Part shown: positions 38,976 through 50,640 of the stretch, piece after piece
How the letters are laid out: the number at the start of each line of letters is the position of its first letter
Position numbering within the stretch: position 1 is the first letter of the stretch
Source: Octopus bimaculoides
Taxonomy: Eukaryota
DNA: 62,208 nt
Assembly: GCF_001194135.2 (NCBI RefSeq)
Contig: NC_068986.1
Span: 87,853,977 to 87,916,184, forward strand
Direction of reading: 5' to 3'
Position numbers and translations under genes: made by a program
The notes under the pieces: model-generated
Told to the model about the DNA's origin: nothing
The model's input: only the letters and a program-made list of their open reading frames with translations
Database searches by the model: none

Positions 38976-39571
38976 NNNNNNNNNNNNNNNNNNNNNNNNN
39001 NNNNNNNNNNNNNNNNNNNNNNNNNNNNNNNNNNNNNNNNNNNNNNNNNNNNNNNNNNNNNNNNNNNNNNNNNNNNNNNNNNNNNNNNNNNNNNNNNNNN
39101 NNNNNNNNNNNNNNNNNNNNNNNNNNNNNNNNNNNNNNNNNNNNNNNNNNNNNNNNNNNNNNNNNNNNNNNNNNNNNNNNNNNNNNNNNNNNNNNNNNNN
39201 NNNNNNNNNNNNNNNNNNNNNNNNNNNNNNNNNNNNNNNNNNNNNNNNNNNNNNNNNNNNNNNNNNNNNNNNNNNNNNNNNNNNNNNNNNNNNNNNNNNN
39301 NNNNNNNNNNNNNNNNNNNNNNNNNNNNNNNNNNNNNNNNNNNNNNNNNNNNNNNNNNNNNNNNNNNNNNNNNNNNNNNNNNNNNNNNNNNNNNNNNNNN
39401 NNNNNNNNNNNNNNNNNNNNNNNNNNNNNNNNNNNNNNNNNNNNNNNNNNNNNNNNNNNNNNNNNNNNNNNNNNNNNNNNNNNNNNNNNNNNNNNNNNNN
39501 NNNNNNNNNNNNNNNNNNNNNNNNNNNNNNNNNNNNNNNNNNNNNNNNNNNNNNNNNNNNNNNNNNNNNNN

Positions 39572-39975
39572 ATCAGCACACCGGACGAAATGCTTAGCGG
39601 TATTTCGTCCGCTGCTACGATCTGAATTCAAATTCCGCTGTGGTCGACTTTGCTTTTCATTCTTTCTGGGTTGATTAAATAAGTTACGCACTGGGGTCGT
39701 TATAATCGACTTAATCCGTTTGTCTGTCCTTGTTTGTCCCCTCTGTGTGTAGTCCCTTGTGGATAGTAAAGAAGAAATAAGAAACTTCGCACACTGGGAG
39801 AAATGCTTAGCGGTATTTCGTCTGCCGTTACGTTCTGAGTTCAAATTTCGCCGAAGTCGACTTGTCCCTTCCTCCTTTCGGGGTCGATAAATTAAGTACT
39901 AGTTAGGTGCTGGTGTCGATCTAATGGACTGGGCCCCTCCCACTAAATTTCGGGCTTCTGCCGAGAGTAGTAAAG
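39572..39975 (+). mobile_element. Two tandem SINE D copies
   Basis: GAAATGCTTAGCGGTATTTCGTC..CTGA(A/G)TTCAAATT occurs twice (about 39587 and 39800). Confidence 0.85.
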
Positions 39976-40014
39976 ATTAGTTTTAACTATTATTTATTCA
40001 CTACCATCAATTGA

Positions 40015-40460
40015 AATATTCTTTTAGTTGTTTCAGTTATATGACTGCGGTCATGCTGGAGCACCGCATTTAGTTGAGCAAATCGACTCCACGACATTTT
40101 TTTTTTGAACCCTATTACTTATTCTATCGTAAACTTTAGCCGAACCGCTAAGTTACGGGGACATAAACACACCAGCATCGGTTGTCAAGTGATGTGGGGG
40201 GGGGGAACACAGATACAAACATGTATGCACGCACACATACATATATGCATACATATATATTATTTTATTCGTTTCAGTAACTTGACTGTGCCCATGCTGG
40301 AGCACTGCCTTTAGTCGAACACATTGATCCCAGGACTTATTGTTTGTAAGTCGAGCACTTATTCTATCGGTTCCTTTCACCGAACCGCTACTTGCGGGGA
40401 CGTAGACACACCAGCATCGGTTAAATATTGATGGTGGTGGGGACAAGCACAGACACACAG

Positions 40461-40529
<69 letters not shown>

Positions 40530-40800
40530 ACGGGCTTCTTTCAGTTTACATGGCTTTGAACGGCCGGAGACTATAGTAGAAGACACTCGCCCAAGGTGCC
40601 ACGCAGTGGGACTGAACCCAGAACCATGTGACTGGTAAGCGAGCTACTTACCACACAGCCACTCCTACGCCTTAATGACCACTCACAAGGCTTTGGTCGG
40701 CCCAAGTCTATATATATAGTAGAAGGTGCTTGCCCAACGTACCACGCAGTGGGACTGAACCCGTAACCATGTAGTTGTTAAGCAATATATTTCCTGCGCC
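40015..40800 (-). mobile_element. SINE A cluster: 3' half, full copy and extra partial head
   Basis: Tail motif at about 40030 and 40280, and heads at 40600-40672 and 40740-40800. Confidence 0.85.
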
Positions 40801-40904
40801 TACTTCCTTTTTCTCACATCGCTACATTAAGAATGACCTTAGCAACTTGACAGCTTATGTTTCATGCAGATGGTGACACTGGGTAATATTTTGGGCTTAG
40901 ACAT

Positions 40905-40949
40905 TACCACTACCATCACCAGAACTACTACTACTACTACTACTACTAT

Positions 40950-41000
<51 letters not shown>

Positions 41001-41438
41001 ATGTGTCACCATTGCTACTAACAGAACCACTACCCCACAACCACCGCAAGTATCAGTCATCACCACCACCACCACCACCACCACTACTATACAAGCACTA
41101 TACTAATTGCATTATCACTATCTACAATAGTCACTACCACCACCACCACCACCACCACCATCAACTCAACAACAACAACAACAACAATCTCAAGCACAAT
41201 GACCATTACCACCAACGCCAGCTCAAGTTCCTCTCCTCCTAGTATGCTACCGTAGTAGCCACAACAGCCAGCGATCAGCACCTCCACCTCTAAGACCACT
41301 GTCACCTATACAACGGAAATGAGAAAAGACCAGGGCCTGGAGGGAGACAGTTGATACTAACTTTTTAGTCATACTAATTTACGCACGCTGTTCCAACAAC
41401 AGCTGCTATAGTAGCAGCAGCAGTAGTAGTAGTAGTAA

Positions 41439-41480
<42 letters not shown>

Positions 41481-41528
41481 AAGTAGTAGTAGTAGTAGTT
41501 ACATCGATAGCAGCAGCAGCAGTAGTAA

Positions 41529-41560
<32 letters not shown>

Positions 41561-41600
41561 CTAGTAGTAGTACTAGTACTAGTAGTAGTAGTAGTAGTAG
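40905..41600. repeat. (ACT)n/(ACC)n/(AGT)n microsatellite blocks
   Basis: Direct reading; a further (AGT)n lies at 41764-41860. Confidence 0.9.
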
Positions 41601-41791
41601 TTTTAGTGGTGGCTAACCGTGTATGTCATGGTCGAACAGGCCCTTGGTCAAAAGCGTTACAACCGTGACCATCCAGACTAAGTTTGTTCCTCTTTAAATA
41701 TCAAGGTCTATGTTATCCCATGCGTCAATCTCTTTACACGTGGTCTTTCAATCGCATCTGCTATAGTAGTAGTAGTAGTAGTAGTAGTAGT

Positions 41792-41860
<69 letters not shown>

Positions 41861-42167
41861 TACGTGGAGCACCACGTGAGAAGTATAATCAAATCGAATT
41901 TCGTTGCTATTCGTATCTCATCGAACAGCTGTTTAGAGGCTCCTTGTTCGTTCACAACACTAGTACTTGTTTAATCCGGGAGTTAGTTCTGATCAGACAG
42001 ACTTATGATCAAAAGACAATCCAACAGTGACTCTCTCCCCCACCCCCATTGCATCTTCGCTCTCTTTCTTTTTTTTTAAGATATTGGGGTGGAGTGATAC
42101 AAAGACCGATCGCTGACTATTTCTGATAGGCCAAGCGATTCAACACAGAGCAGTTTTTCCCAGGGTT

Positions 42168-42548
42168 TGTTGGCACTCCGTCGCTTACGACGACGAGGGT
42201 TCCGGATGATCCAATCAACGGAACAGCCTGCTCGTGAAATTACCGTGCAAGTGGCTGAGCACTCCACAGACACGTGTACCCGTAACTTAGTTCCCGGGGA
42301 TGTTCAGCGTGGCACAGTGTGACAAGTCTAGCCCTTTGAATTACAAGTAGAACAGAAACAGGAAGTAAGAGTGAGAGAAAGCTGTGGTGAAAGAATACAG
42401 CAGGGTTCGCCACCATCCCCTGCCGGGGGACTGGTGGAGCTAAAGGTGCTTTCGCTCAATAAGCACTCACAACGCCCGATCTGGGAATCGAAGCTGCGAT
42501 CCTATGACCGCGAGTCTGCTGCCCTAACCACTGGGCCATTGCGCCTCC
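42168..42548 (-). mobile_element. SINE family C, full length
   Basis: Colinear with 30825-31207. Confidence 0.92.
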
Positions 42549-42654
42549 TTCCCAGGGTAGACTCTACCAGTCCTTCGCAACCTTTCTTAATTGCGGTACA
42601 CGTGTTCTTCTCAAAATTGGGCTGTGCACATGAACTAAAAATATAACTAAGTAT

Positions 42655-43258
42655 TCTTTTATTCTTCTATTCTTTTATTTGTTTCTTTCATCTGATTGTG
42701 GCCATGCTGGAGCACCGCCTTTAGTTGAACAAATCTACCCAAGGAATTATTTTTGTAAGCCTAGAACTTAGCCTATCAGTCTCTTTGGCCGAACCGCTAA
42801 GATACAGGGGGCGTAAATACACCAACATAGGTTGTCAAGCGATGGTGGGGGAACAAACACAGACACACAAACAAACACACACACACACACACACACACAC
42901 GCACTATGAATGTTCGTTTCTCTGTGTTTATTTCTCCTGTTTACTGTTTTTCTCTCTCGTTGTTTACGCATTTCATGTTTACACAGTTGGTGACGTCCTG
43001 CACCCATATATGCATATACACACACACACACACACACATGCACACACACACACACACACACACATATACATATATATTATTTATTTTATATATATACGAC
43101 GGGCTTCTTTCAGACTCCCTCTACCAGATCCACTCACAAGGGTTTGGTCGGGCCGTTGCTATAATAGAAGACATTTTCTCAAGGTGCCACACATTGGGAC
43201 ATAACACGGAACCATGTGGTTCGTAAACAAGCTATTTATTACACGTCCACTCCCGCGA
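42655..43258 (-). mobile_element. SINE A interrupted by a ~115-bp insert in its (CA)n tract
   Basis: Tail half 42655-42900 and head half 43020-43258; the insert at 42904-43015 is not part of other A copies. Confidence 0.8.
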
Positions 43259-43859
43259 CTTGGGAAGATAATTATATTCAGGTTACACTGCGATACACCT
43301 AGCATCGCCTCGTGGCACAGCACTGTGCCGCGGCATAATGATTACGGACTAATGAAGTATTTTGATATGGCAGTATTTTGATATGGCGTCGATTATAGAA
43401 TTAAGAAATTGGTTACCAATTGAAATAGTTTCTGATATACACACACAGAAACACACATACTCACATGCATCTAATATAATAATACTCCTGTGCATTTCAC
43501 CGTCACAACATATGAATGTGAAAGGAGAGGGTGATAGGTGAATAAGGGAGGAAGGGATGGTGTCAAACTGGTGGGATGGTAAACATTCAACGCTAAAAAG
43601 AAAAATCCAACAGCGCTTCAACTCTATGTGAGTATATGTGTGTATGTTTGTGCGTGTACAAGGGAAGTATGTGAATGCATGTGAATATTGACAAGTGCAT
43701 TTATTTGATTTACCATTCATATTTATATATAAAATACAACAATTAGCCGTCATTTCTAACGGCACGGGGCCAACTGGTATTTATATAAATAAATATAAAG
43801 CATATACACACATGTGTGTGTGTGTGTACATATACGTGTATGTATATATGTGTGCATAT

Positions 43860-44155
43860 TCTTCTATTCTTTTTCTTGTTTCAGTCATTTGACTGCGGCC
43901 ATTCTGGAACACTGTCTTGGATTTTTTTTTTAGTGGAGCAAGTCGATCCCAGCACTTATTTCTTCAGCCTAGTATTTATTCTGTCGGTCACGTTTGCCGA
44001 ACGTATTTACAGGGACGTAAACACACCACCATCGGTTGACAAGTGGTGTGTGTGTGTACATATATACCTCGGGCTTCTTTCAGTTTCCGTCTACCAACTC
44101 GACTCACAAAGTTTTGGTGGACCCCAGGCTATAGTACAAGATACTTGCCCATTCT
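43860..44155 (-). mobile_element. SINE A, 5'-truncated
   Basis: TTTCAGTCATTTGACTGCGGCCA tail through to GCTATAGTACAAGATACTTGCCCA. Confidence 0.85.
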
Positions 44156-44895
44156 TGCATATATATATATATATATATATATATNNNNNNNNNNNNNNNN
44201 NNNNNNNNNNNNNNNNNNNNNNNNNNNNNNNNNNNNNNNNNNNNNNNNNNNNNNNNNNNNNNNNNNNNNNNNNNNNNNNNNNNNNNNNNNNNNNNNNNNN
44301 NNNNNNNNNNNNNNNNNNNNNNNNNNNNNNNNNNNNNNNNNNNNNNNNNNNNNNNNNNNNNNNNNNNNNNNNNNNNNNNNNNNNNNNNNNNNNNNNNNNN
44401 NNNNNNNNNNNNNNNNNNNNNNNNNNNNNNNNNNNNNNNNNNNNNNNNNNNNNNNNNNNNNNNNNNNNNNNNNNNNNNNNNNNNNNNNNNNNNNNNNNNN
44501 NNNNNNNNNNNNNNNNNNNNNNNNNNNNNNNNNNNNNNNNNNNNNNNNNNNNNNNNNNNNNNNNNNNNNNNNNNNNNNNNNNNNNNNNNNNNNNNNNNNN
44601 NNNNNNNNNNNNNNNNNNNNNNNNNNNNNNNNNNNNNNNNNNNNNNNNNNNNNNNNNNNNNNNNNNNNNNNNNNNNNNNNNNNNNNNNNNNNNNNNNNNN
44701 NNNNNNNNNNNNNNNNNNNNNNNNNNNNNNNNNNNNNNNNNNNNNNNNNNNNNNNNNNNNNNNNNNNNNNNNNNNNNNNNNNNNNNNNNNNNNNNNNNNN
44801 NNNNNNNNNNNNNNNNNNNNNNNNNNNNNNNNNNNNNNNNNNNNNNNNNNNNNNNNNNNNNNNNNNNNNNNNNNNNNNNNNNNNNNNNNNNNNNN

Positions 44896-44929
<34 letters not shown>

Positions 44930-44984
<55 letters not shown>

Positions 44985-45195
44985 TGTGTGACTGTGTTTG
45001 TATCCCCACCATCATTTTGACAATCGATTTTGGTGCATTTACGTCCCCCTAAGATAGCGGTTCGGCAAAAGATACCGATAGAATAAGTACTACGCTTACA
45101 AAGAATAAATCTGGGGTCTAATTGTTCGATTAAAGGCGGTGCTGCAGCGTGGCCGCAGTCCAATGACTGGAACAAGTAAAAGAGTAAAAGAGAAT
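44930..45195 (+). mobile_element. SINE A 3' half after gap
   Basis: (TG)n, body, and GGCGGTGCTGCAGCGTGGCCGCAGTC..AAGTAAAAGAGTAAAAGAG. Confidence 0.85.
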
Positions 45196-46051
45196 ATATA
45201 TATCGTTGAAAAAGTTTAACTACAACTTTTGATTTGTATGGACTCTTAGCCCTCTTTTCAACTATATTTACATATGTATATATCAACTCTGACGTCTAGT
45301 CATTTTTTTTTTCAGACCTATGCACATTAGATAGACTACACTACCTAATGCGCCCATTCTTTTCTAAATACGATTGGGAGTAACGTGAGGGATATTTGTT
45401 AGGTATTTCTAGAGGAAGGCACGATGAGAAGGAAGCTCTCTATGTTTATGCAGAAAGTTCGTTTTAATGCATACTGGTATATTATTTCATATACAACCAT
45501 TTCTGATATGCTATTCGGAGCAAAAATGCATTTGACTTTCGTTGTTCGAAATTGTGAAAATAGCTACTAAAATCGTTCTGAAGTCATTTCCATTCAAGGC
45601 CATTTTATAAGTGAATATCAAATCAGCGAGCGGGGTTCATCTCTCGAATGATGCTATTTTAATGTAATCCGGTGAAAACGTTCTCCAGGAGAAAAATCTT
45701 AATACAAGGATATCAAGTTTTCTTCTCTCTTGTAAATCTGTTCTTTTCTATAAGTTTGTTGTTACTTTTTGTAATAATTTTATCCCATTCATCATACATC
45801 ACAGCTATAGTAAGAGTTATAAATCATTAAATGCAAACGTCATTAATTAATACCAGGTGGTGTGTTATTAAATCAAGATAAAGTTTCTTTTTTGCATTTC
45901 TCAAACTCTTCTTGTCGACATATATTTTTTATTCACAGCGTTTTTACGAACAAGAGAAGAAAATTCTCCCCAGGGCTGACTTGCACGAAATTGCAACTAA
46001 CTCTTCCTCAGATGCTACCTTCACACCTAAAAATCAATTGAAAATACTGGT

Positions 46052-46890
46052 GCAGGCGTAGCTGAGTGGTAAGAGGCTTGCCTCCCAACCACATGGTTCT
46101 GGTTCCTACCCATTGTGTGATACCTTGGTTAAGTGTCTTCTGCTGTAGTCTCGGGAAGGAAACAGAAAGAATCAGCCGTATGTATACATATAAGTGTGAA
46201 TGTTTGTACGTGTGTTTATGTCCGTGTGTTGTTCTTGTGTCTGTTTCGATTCCCAGACCGGGTGTTGTGAGTGTTTATTGCGCGAAAACACCTAGAGCTC
46301 CACGAGGCTCCGGCAGGGGATGGTGGCGAACCCTGCTGTACNNNNNNNNNNCTAGAGCTCCACGAGGCTCCGGCAGGGGATGGTGGCGAACCCTGCTGTA
46401 CTCTTCCACCACAACTTTCTCTCACTTTTACTTCCTGTTTCTGTTGTACCAGTATTTTCAAAGGGCCAGCCTTGTCACACTGTGTCACGCTGAATCTCCC
46501 CGAGAACTACGTTAAGGGTACACGTGTCTGTGAAGTGCTCAGCCATTTGCACGTTAATTTCAGGAGTAGGCTGTTCCGTTGATCGGATCAACTGGAACCC
46601 TCGACGTCGTAAGCGACGGAGTGCCAACAAGTTCTTGTGTGTATGTGCGCGTGTGTGTATGTATACATCATTGTGTCTGTGTTTCCTCCCACCATCACCT
46701 GACCACTGGTGATGGTTTGTTCACGTCCCTTTGACAATAGCGGTTTGACAAAATGGACCGATAGAATACGTATCAGGCTTAAAAGAAAAATATAAGTACT
46801 GGGGCCGATTCTTTCCACTAAAACTTCTTGATGGCGGTGCTGCAGCATGGCCGCTGTATAATGATTGAAACAAACAAAAGATAAACGAAA
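46052..46890 (+). mobile_element. Diverged SINE A with a nested SINE C at 46243-46630
   Basis: A head at 46052-46230, a C copy, then the A tail resumes at 46635 and ends GGCGGTGCTGCAGCATGGCCGC. Confidence 0.8.
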
Positions 46891-47017
46891 AAGTTACAGA
46901 AGAAACTGACACTGAATATACGATGATTTGCATATTCATTCTTAATGCCTTCTGGTAGATTCGAACGTAAATAAGCTAATCACTTGGTTTTCGTCTCAAG
47001 ACAACTACTTCTTTCAG

Positions 47018-47117
47018 ATGGATGCTTTTCCACTCCTCCTAGGCTATTTAATGATGTGTGTCATGAATACATATTTGTCTGAAAGGCGTTGTGATCTTGT
47101 GGCGAAACATGTCAGCG
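47018..47117 (+). CDS. Candidate first coding exon with signal-peptide-like N-terminus MDAFPLLLGYLMMCVMNTYLSERRCDLVAKHVS
   Basis: ctacttctttcag|ATG acceptor, AGCG|gtaagt donor, 100 nt, only frame 0 open, in non-repeat sequence. Confidence 0.42.
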
Positions 47118-47494
47118 GTAAGTTTATTCATGTTCGAATCTGTAAGTCATTGTTTTGATGCTCACTCTTCACTGTGAACATGATGATTGATTATGATTCT
47201 GAACATATATTAAATACAAAACAAGGAAACAAGGTTCACCACAAGTACACGTCTCAAACGATGTTTTCTTTATACACGAAAATATTTTTCAATGCATTTG
47301 CGAACTCTATCAGAGAATGACAGTGGTTGCGAAGCTACTCAAAGCAGATCTTAAATAATTTAAAAGGGAGATCTTGAAAGGTTTTAAAACTACCCGAAAG
47401 ATATGAATAACAACATTTACAAATAATCCAGAATAATACATGGAACTTTAAAGTAAAAAGAAGAAAATAAAGTAAAAGAAGAAAAAAAGGATGT

Positions 47495-47907
47495 AGGAGT
47501 GACTGTGTGGTAAGTAGCTTGCTTACCAACCACATGGTCCCGGGTTCAGTCCCACTGCGTGGCATCTTGGGCAAGTGTCTTCTACTATAGCCTCGGGCCG
47601 ACCAAAGCCTTGTGAGTGGATTTGGTAGACGGAAACTGAAAGAAGCCTGTCGTATATATGTATATGTATATATGTATGCGTGTGTATATGTTTGTGTGTC
47701 TGTGTTTGTCCCTCCCCCCCAATATCGCTTGACAACCGATGGTGGTATGTTTACGTTCCCGTAACTTAGGGGTTCGGCAAAAGAAATCGATAGTATAAGT
47801 ACTAGGCTTACAAAGAATAAGTCCTGGGGTCGATTTGCTCGACTATAGGCGGTACTCCAGCATGGCCGCAGTCAAATGACTAAAACAAGTAAAAGAGTAA
47901 AAGAGTA
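47495..47907 (+). mobile_element. SINE A, full length, near consensus
   Basis: AGGAGTGACTGTGTGGTAAG...GGGTTCAGTCCC...CAAGTAAAAGAGTAAAAGAGTAA. Confidence 0.95.
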
Positions 47908-48074
47908 ATAAATGTGGCTGCTGAAATTACGCATTTCTGCTTCATATAAGTGCGAAACGCACACAACGAGACAAAGGAATAACCCAACTAAACAAGCACA
48001 AGAAAAACAGGAACACGTCAGCCATTTGCATCCAACATGAGCTGCAAAGCTAACAGAAAAATCACTATTTTGAG

Positions 48075-48331
48075 CAATGTTTCTCAACCCTTTTTTGCCT
48101 TTTGAGTTCGATTTTATTCCATTGGACTTCCATACGCATTCGAACTATAGATAAAAAAAATTCGACTGTATCTTTCTAATGAAATATTATGAATTATATG
48201 AAAACAAAAACAAAACAAAAATTGGTGCTTGTGTAGTTTAGAAGTACAAGCAATTTATTGCACATAAATTTTAACACTAACATCTTACATAAACCTCCAA
48301 GTTCCATGTGGACACCGGCTGAGAACAGCTT
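48075..48331. mobile_element. Diverged hAT MITE related to 35795-36143
   Basis: CAATGTTTCTCAACC ... GGCTGAGAACAGCTT; flanks ATTTTGAG / ATTTAGAA (6/8 identical). Confidence 0.55.
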
Positions 48332-48361
48332 ATTTAGAATAATCATCGCAATGTTGCACAC

Positions 48362-48478
48362 AAGCTGGAATCTGGTAAAATTATTCTTCTAAAGGCGAAC
48401 AAAAACCCAATTGAAGTAACATCATATAGACACATTACTTTTCTATATATAAGTCAAAAATTCAAGAAATTTTTATCT
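48362..48478 (+). mobile_element. Possible Jockey/I-group LINE RT N-terminal fragment
   Basis: KIILLKANKNPIEVTSYRHITFLYISQKFKKF resembles the I..I.KPGK.P.EV.SYRPISLL...SK.FEK motif. Confidence 0.35.
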
Positions 48479-49144
48479 GTTACGAAGGAAGATGGATGTG
48501 TGAGTTGTACCTTCATCTTGGCATGCAGTTAGCAAAGATTACATGAGCTATTTCATTTGCTACCGAAATAGCTTGTGTTTTTAGATACAGTACGTCTATA
48601 AGAACAGTAATACAGCAGTAAATTTGCTTTTCCGCGATTTATTTACATTGAGTATGATCCACAACTGAATTTTTTTTTATATATCTAATTGCATATAACG
48701 GACTTCTTTGCAACTGACGGCTAACTGGAACGCCAGTGATTGTTGTATTATTGTTTCTATAGCGGTAATGAAAGATTTTGTCTTAGCATGTTGTTAGCAG
48801 CGATTATATGCTACTGATAAAGTGTAATGAGGCAGAAATGTGTATTGTGCTTTCTCACCTGCTGCAGTTGAAAGGTTTTCGTTTGCTACTGAATAGTCAT
48901 TTTAACTAGAGTAAGTCCATAATATATAATCTCTCCTGATGAATACTGCTGACATCTTGCTGTTTTCCAATGTATTTATATTAAGTATTATAAACTAATA
49001 CACCTCCGGTTGCATATTATGGGTATGTGTGAATGAATGTATGTATGTATGTATGTATGTATGTATGTATGTATGTATGTATGTATCTCTGCATGTACAT
49101 ATGTTCGGGACAATTTGAAATAAGAACATAATGACGAATGAAAG

Positions 49145-49407
49145 GCCAGAACACAATCTTTTCTATTATAGGCAAAAGGCCTGACATTTGCGGGGAGGGC
49201 TTAAGTCGTTTACGTATTCTTTTCTATTATAAGCACAAAGCCTGAAATTTGGGGTAGGGGACCTCACTGCGTAACTGGTACTTATTAATCGACCCCGAAA
49301 GGATGAAAGGTAAAGTCGACCTCGGGGAAATTTGAACTCAGTACGTAGCGGCAGACGAAATGCCGCTAAGCATTTTCACCCGGTCTACTAACGAATCTGC
49401 CAGCTGC
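49145..49407 (-). mobile_element. SINE D with duplicated tail
   Basis: TCTTTTCTATTATAGGCA..GGCCTGA and TCTTTTCTATTATAAGCACAAAGCCTGA, then the full body to the head. Confidence 0.85.
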
Positions 49408-49595
49408 ATATATATAAATACCCGTTTTTGTTTATGGGGGGAGATCACCTTTTTTTTTTGTCAAGTTTGAATGTATATACGTACATATTAACTATTAAAA
49501 GAGGAAGTCACATAGTAATTTTCTCGACTAAAAGCAGTGCTCCAGCATGGCCGCAGTCAACTGACGGAAACAAATAAAAGAATAAAAGTATAACT

Positions 49596-50640
49596 TTTTT
49601 GACGTTCTTTACCCATATATGCATGTGTATACACATATATATGTAGGCATGCACATATATGTGTGTAATATATGCATATATATATATATATATATATATA
49701 TANNNNNNNNNNNNNNNNNNNNNNNNNNNNNNNNNNNNNNNNNNNNNNNNNNNNNNNNNNNNNNNNNNNNNNNNNNNNNNNNNNNNNNNNNNNNNNNNNN
49801 NNNNNNNNNNNNNNNNNNNNNNNNNNNNNNNNNNNNNNNNNNNNNNNNNNNNNNNNNNNNNNNNNNNNNNNNNNNNNNNNNNNNNNNNNNATATACATAT
49901 TTATTTATATTATTATATGATCGAACGCCACGAATCCATTTCCAAGTAAGTTATATCTGAATAATTCCGATGCGCATTTTACAACATATCTCTATTCTAT
50001 ATCCCTCTCTTGTTCTTCCTTTCTGTTTTTCTCTCCCACCCTTTCTCTAATTCTTCACCTCTCCCTTTCGCTGTTTCCCCCTGGCTCTCTCTCACTCTTC
50101 TTCCTTGACGCTCTCGTTGCTCACACGTGACCAACGGCTATCTATCTTTCTTTCTACCACATACTTCCTAAAGACAAGACGTGCTTTTGCCTGTCTCTTC
50201 TCAAAGTTCGTTTTTTCCAGCACTCACTACTTCACATCGTTATGGCTTAACAGCCCTCACCGTTTGATTTCACTGTTTTGTTCTTACTGTCCTCTTTTTC
50301 TTGCCAAAAAATCCTAAATGTTATTTAATTTGCTTCGCGGGAAGGAATGTTTTAACGAAGTTGCGTTTTATCCCTACCTTCGAAACGCGGAGTAGATAAA
50401 ACAGGGAACAACTGATGAAGTGAATGCTCTTTATGTTGCTTGTCTCATTTCTCTATTTGTTTCTTTCGTTGTTTGAAAAAAAGTTCGTTTCCCATGCTTT
50501 TGTATTTTATGTTCGCGTTTCTCATTTTGTTCACGTTTTTTTGACGTCCTGTGTCCATATATGCATTTATATATACACATATATGTAGGCATGTACATGT
50601 TTGTGTGTATATATGCAAATATATATATATATATATGTGT
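49596..50640. mobile_element. Direct-repeat-bounded unit, Penelope-pLTR-like
   Basis: TTTTGACGT..CCATATATGCAT..ATACACATATAT..GTAGGCATG at about 49596 and 50538. Inside are a CT-rich tract and GTTGCTCACACGTGAC, shared with 58733. Confidence 0.45.

Noticed and set aside
46302-46401. 50-bp direct repeat inside SINE C
   Set aside because: An identical copy on either side of an 11-N gap; typical contig-overlap artefact.
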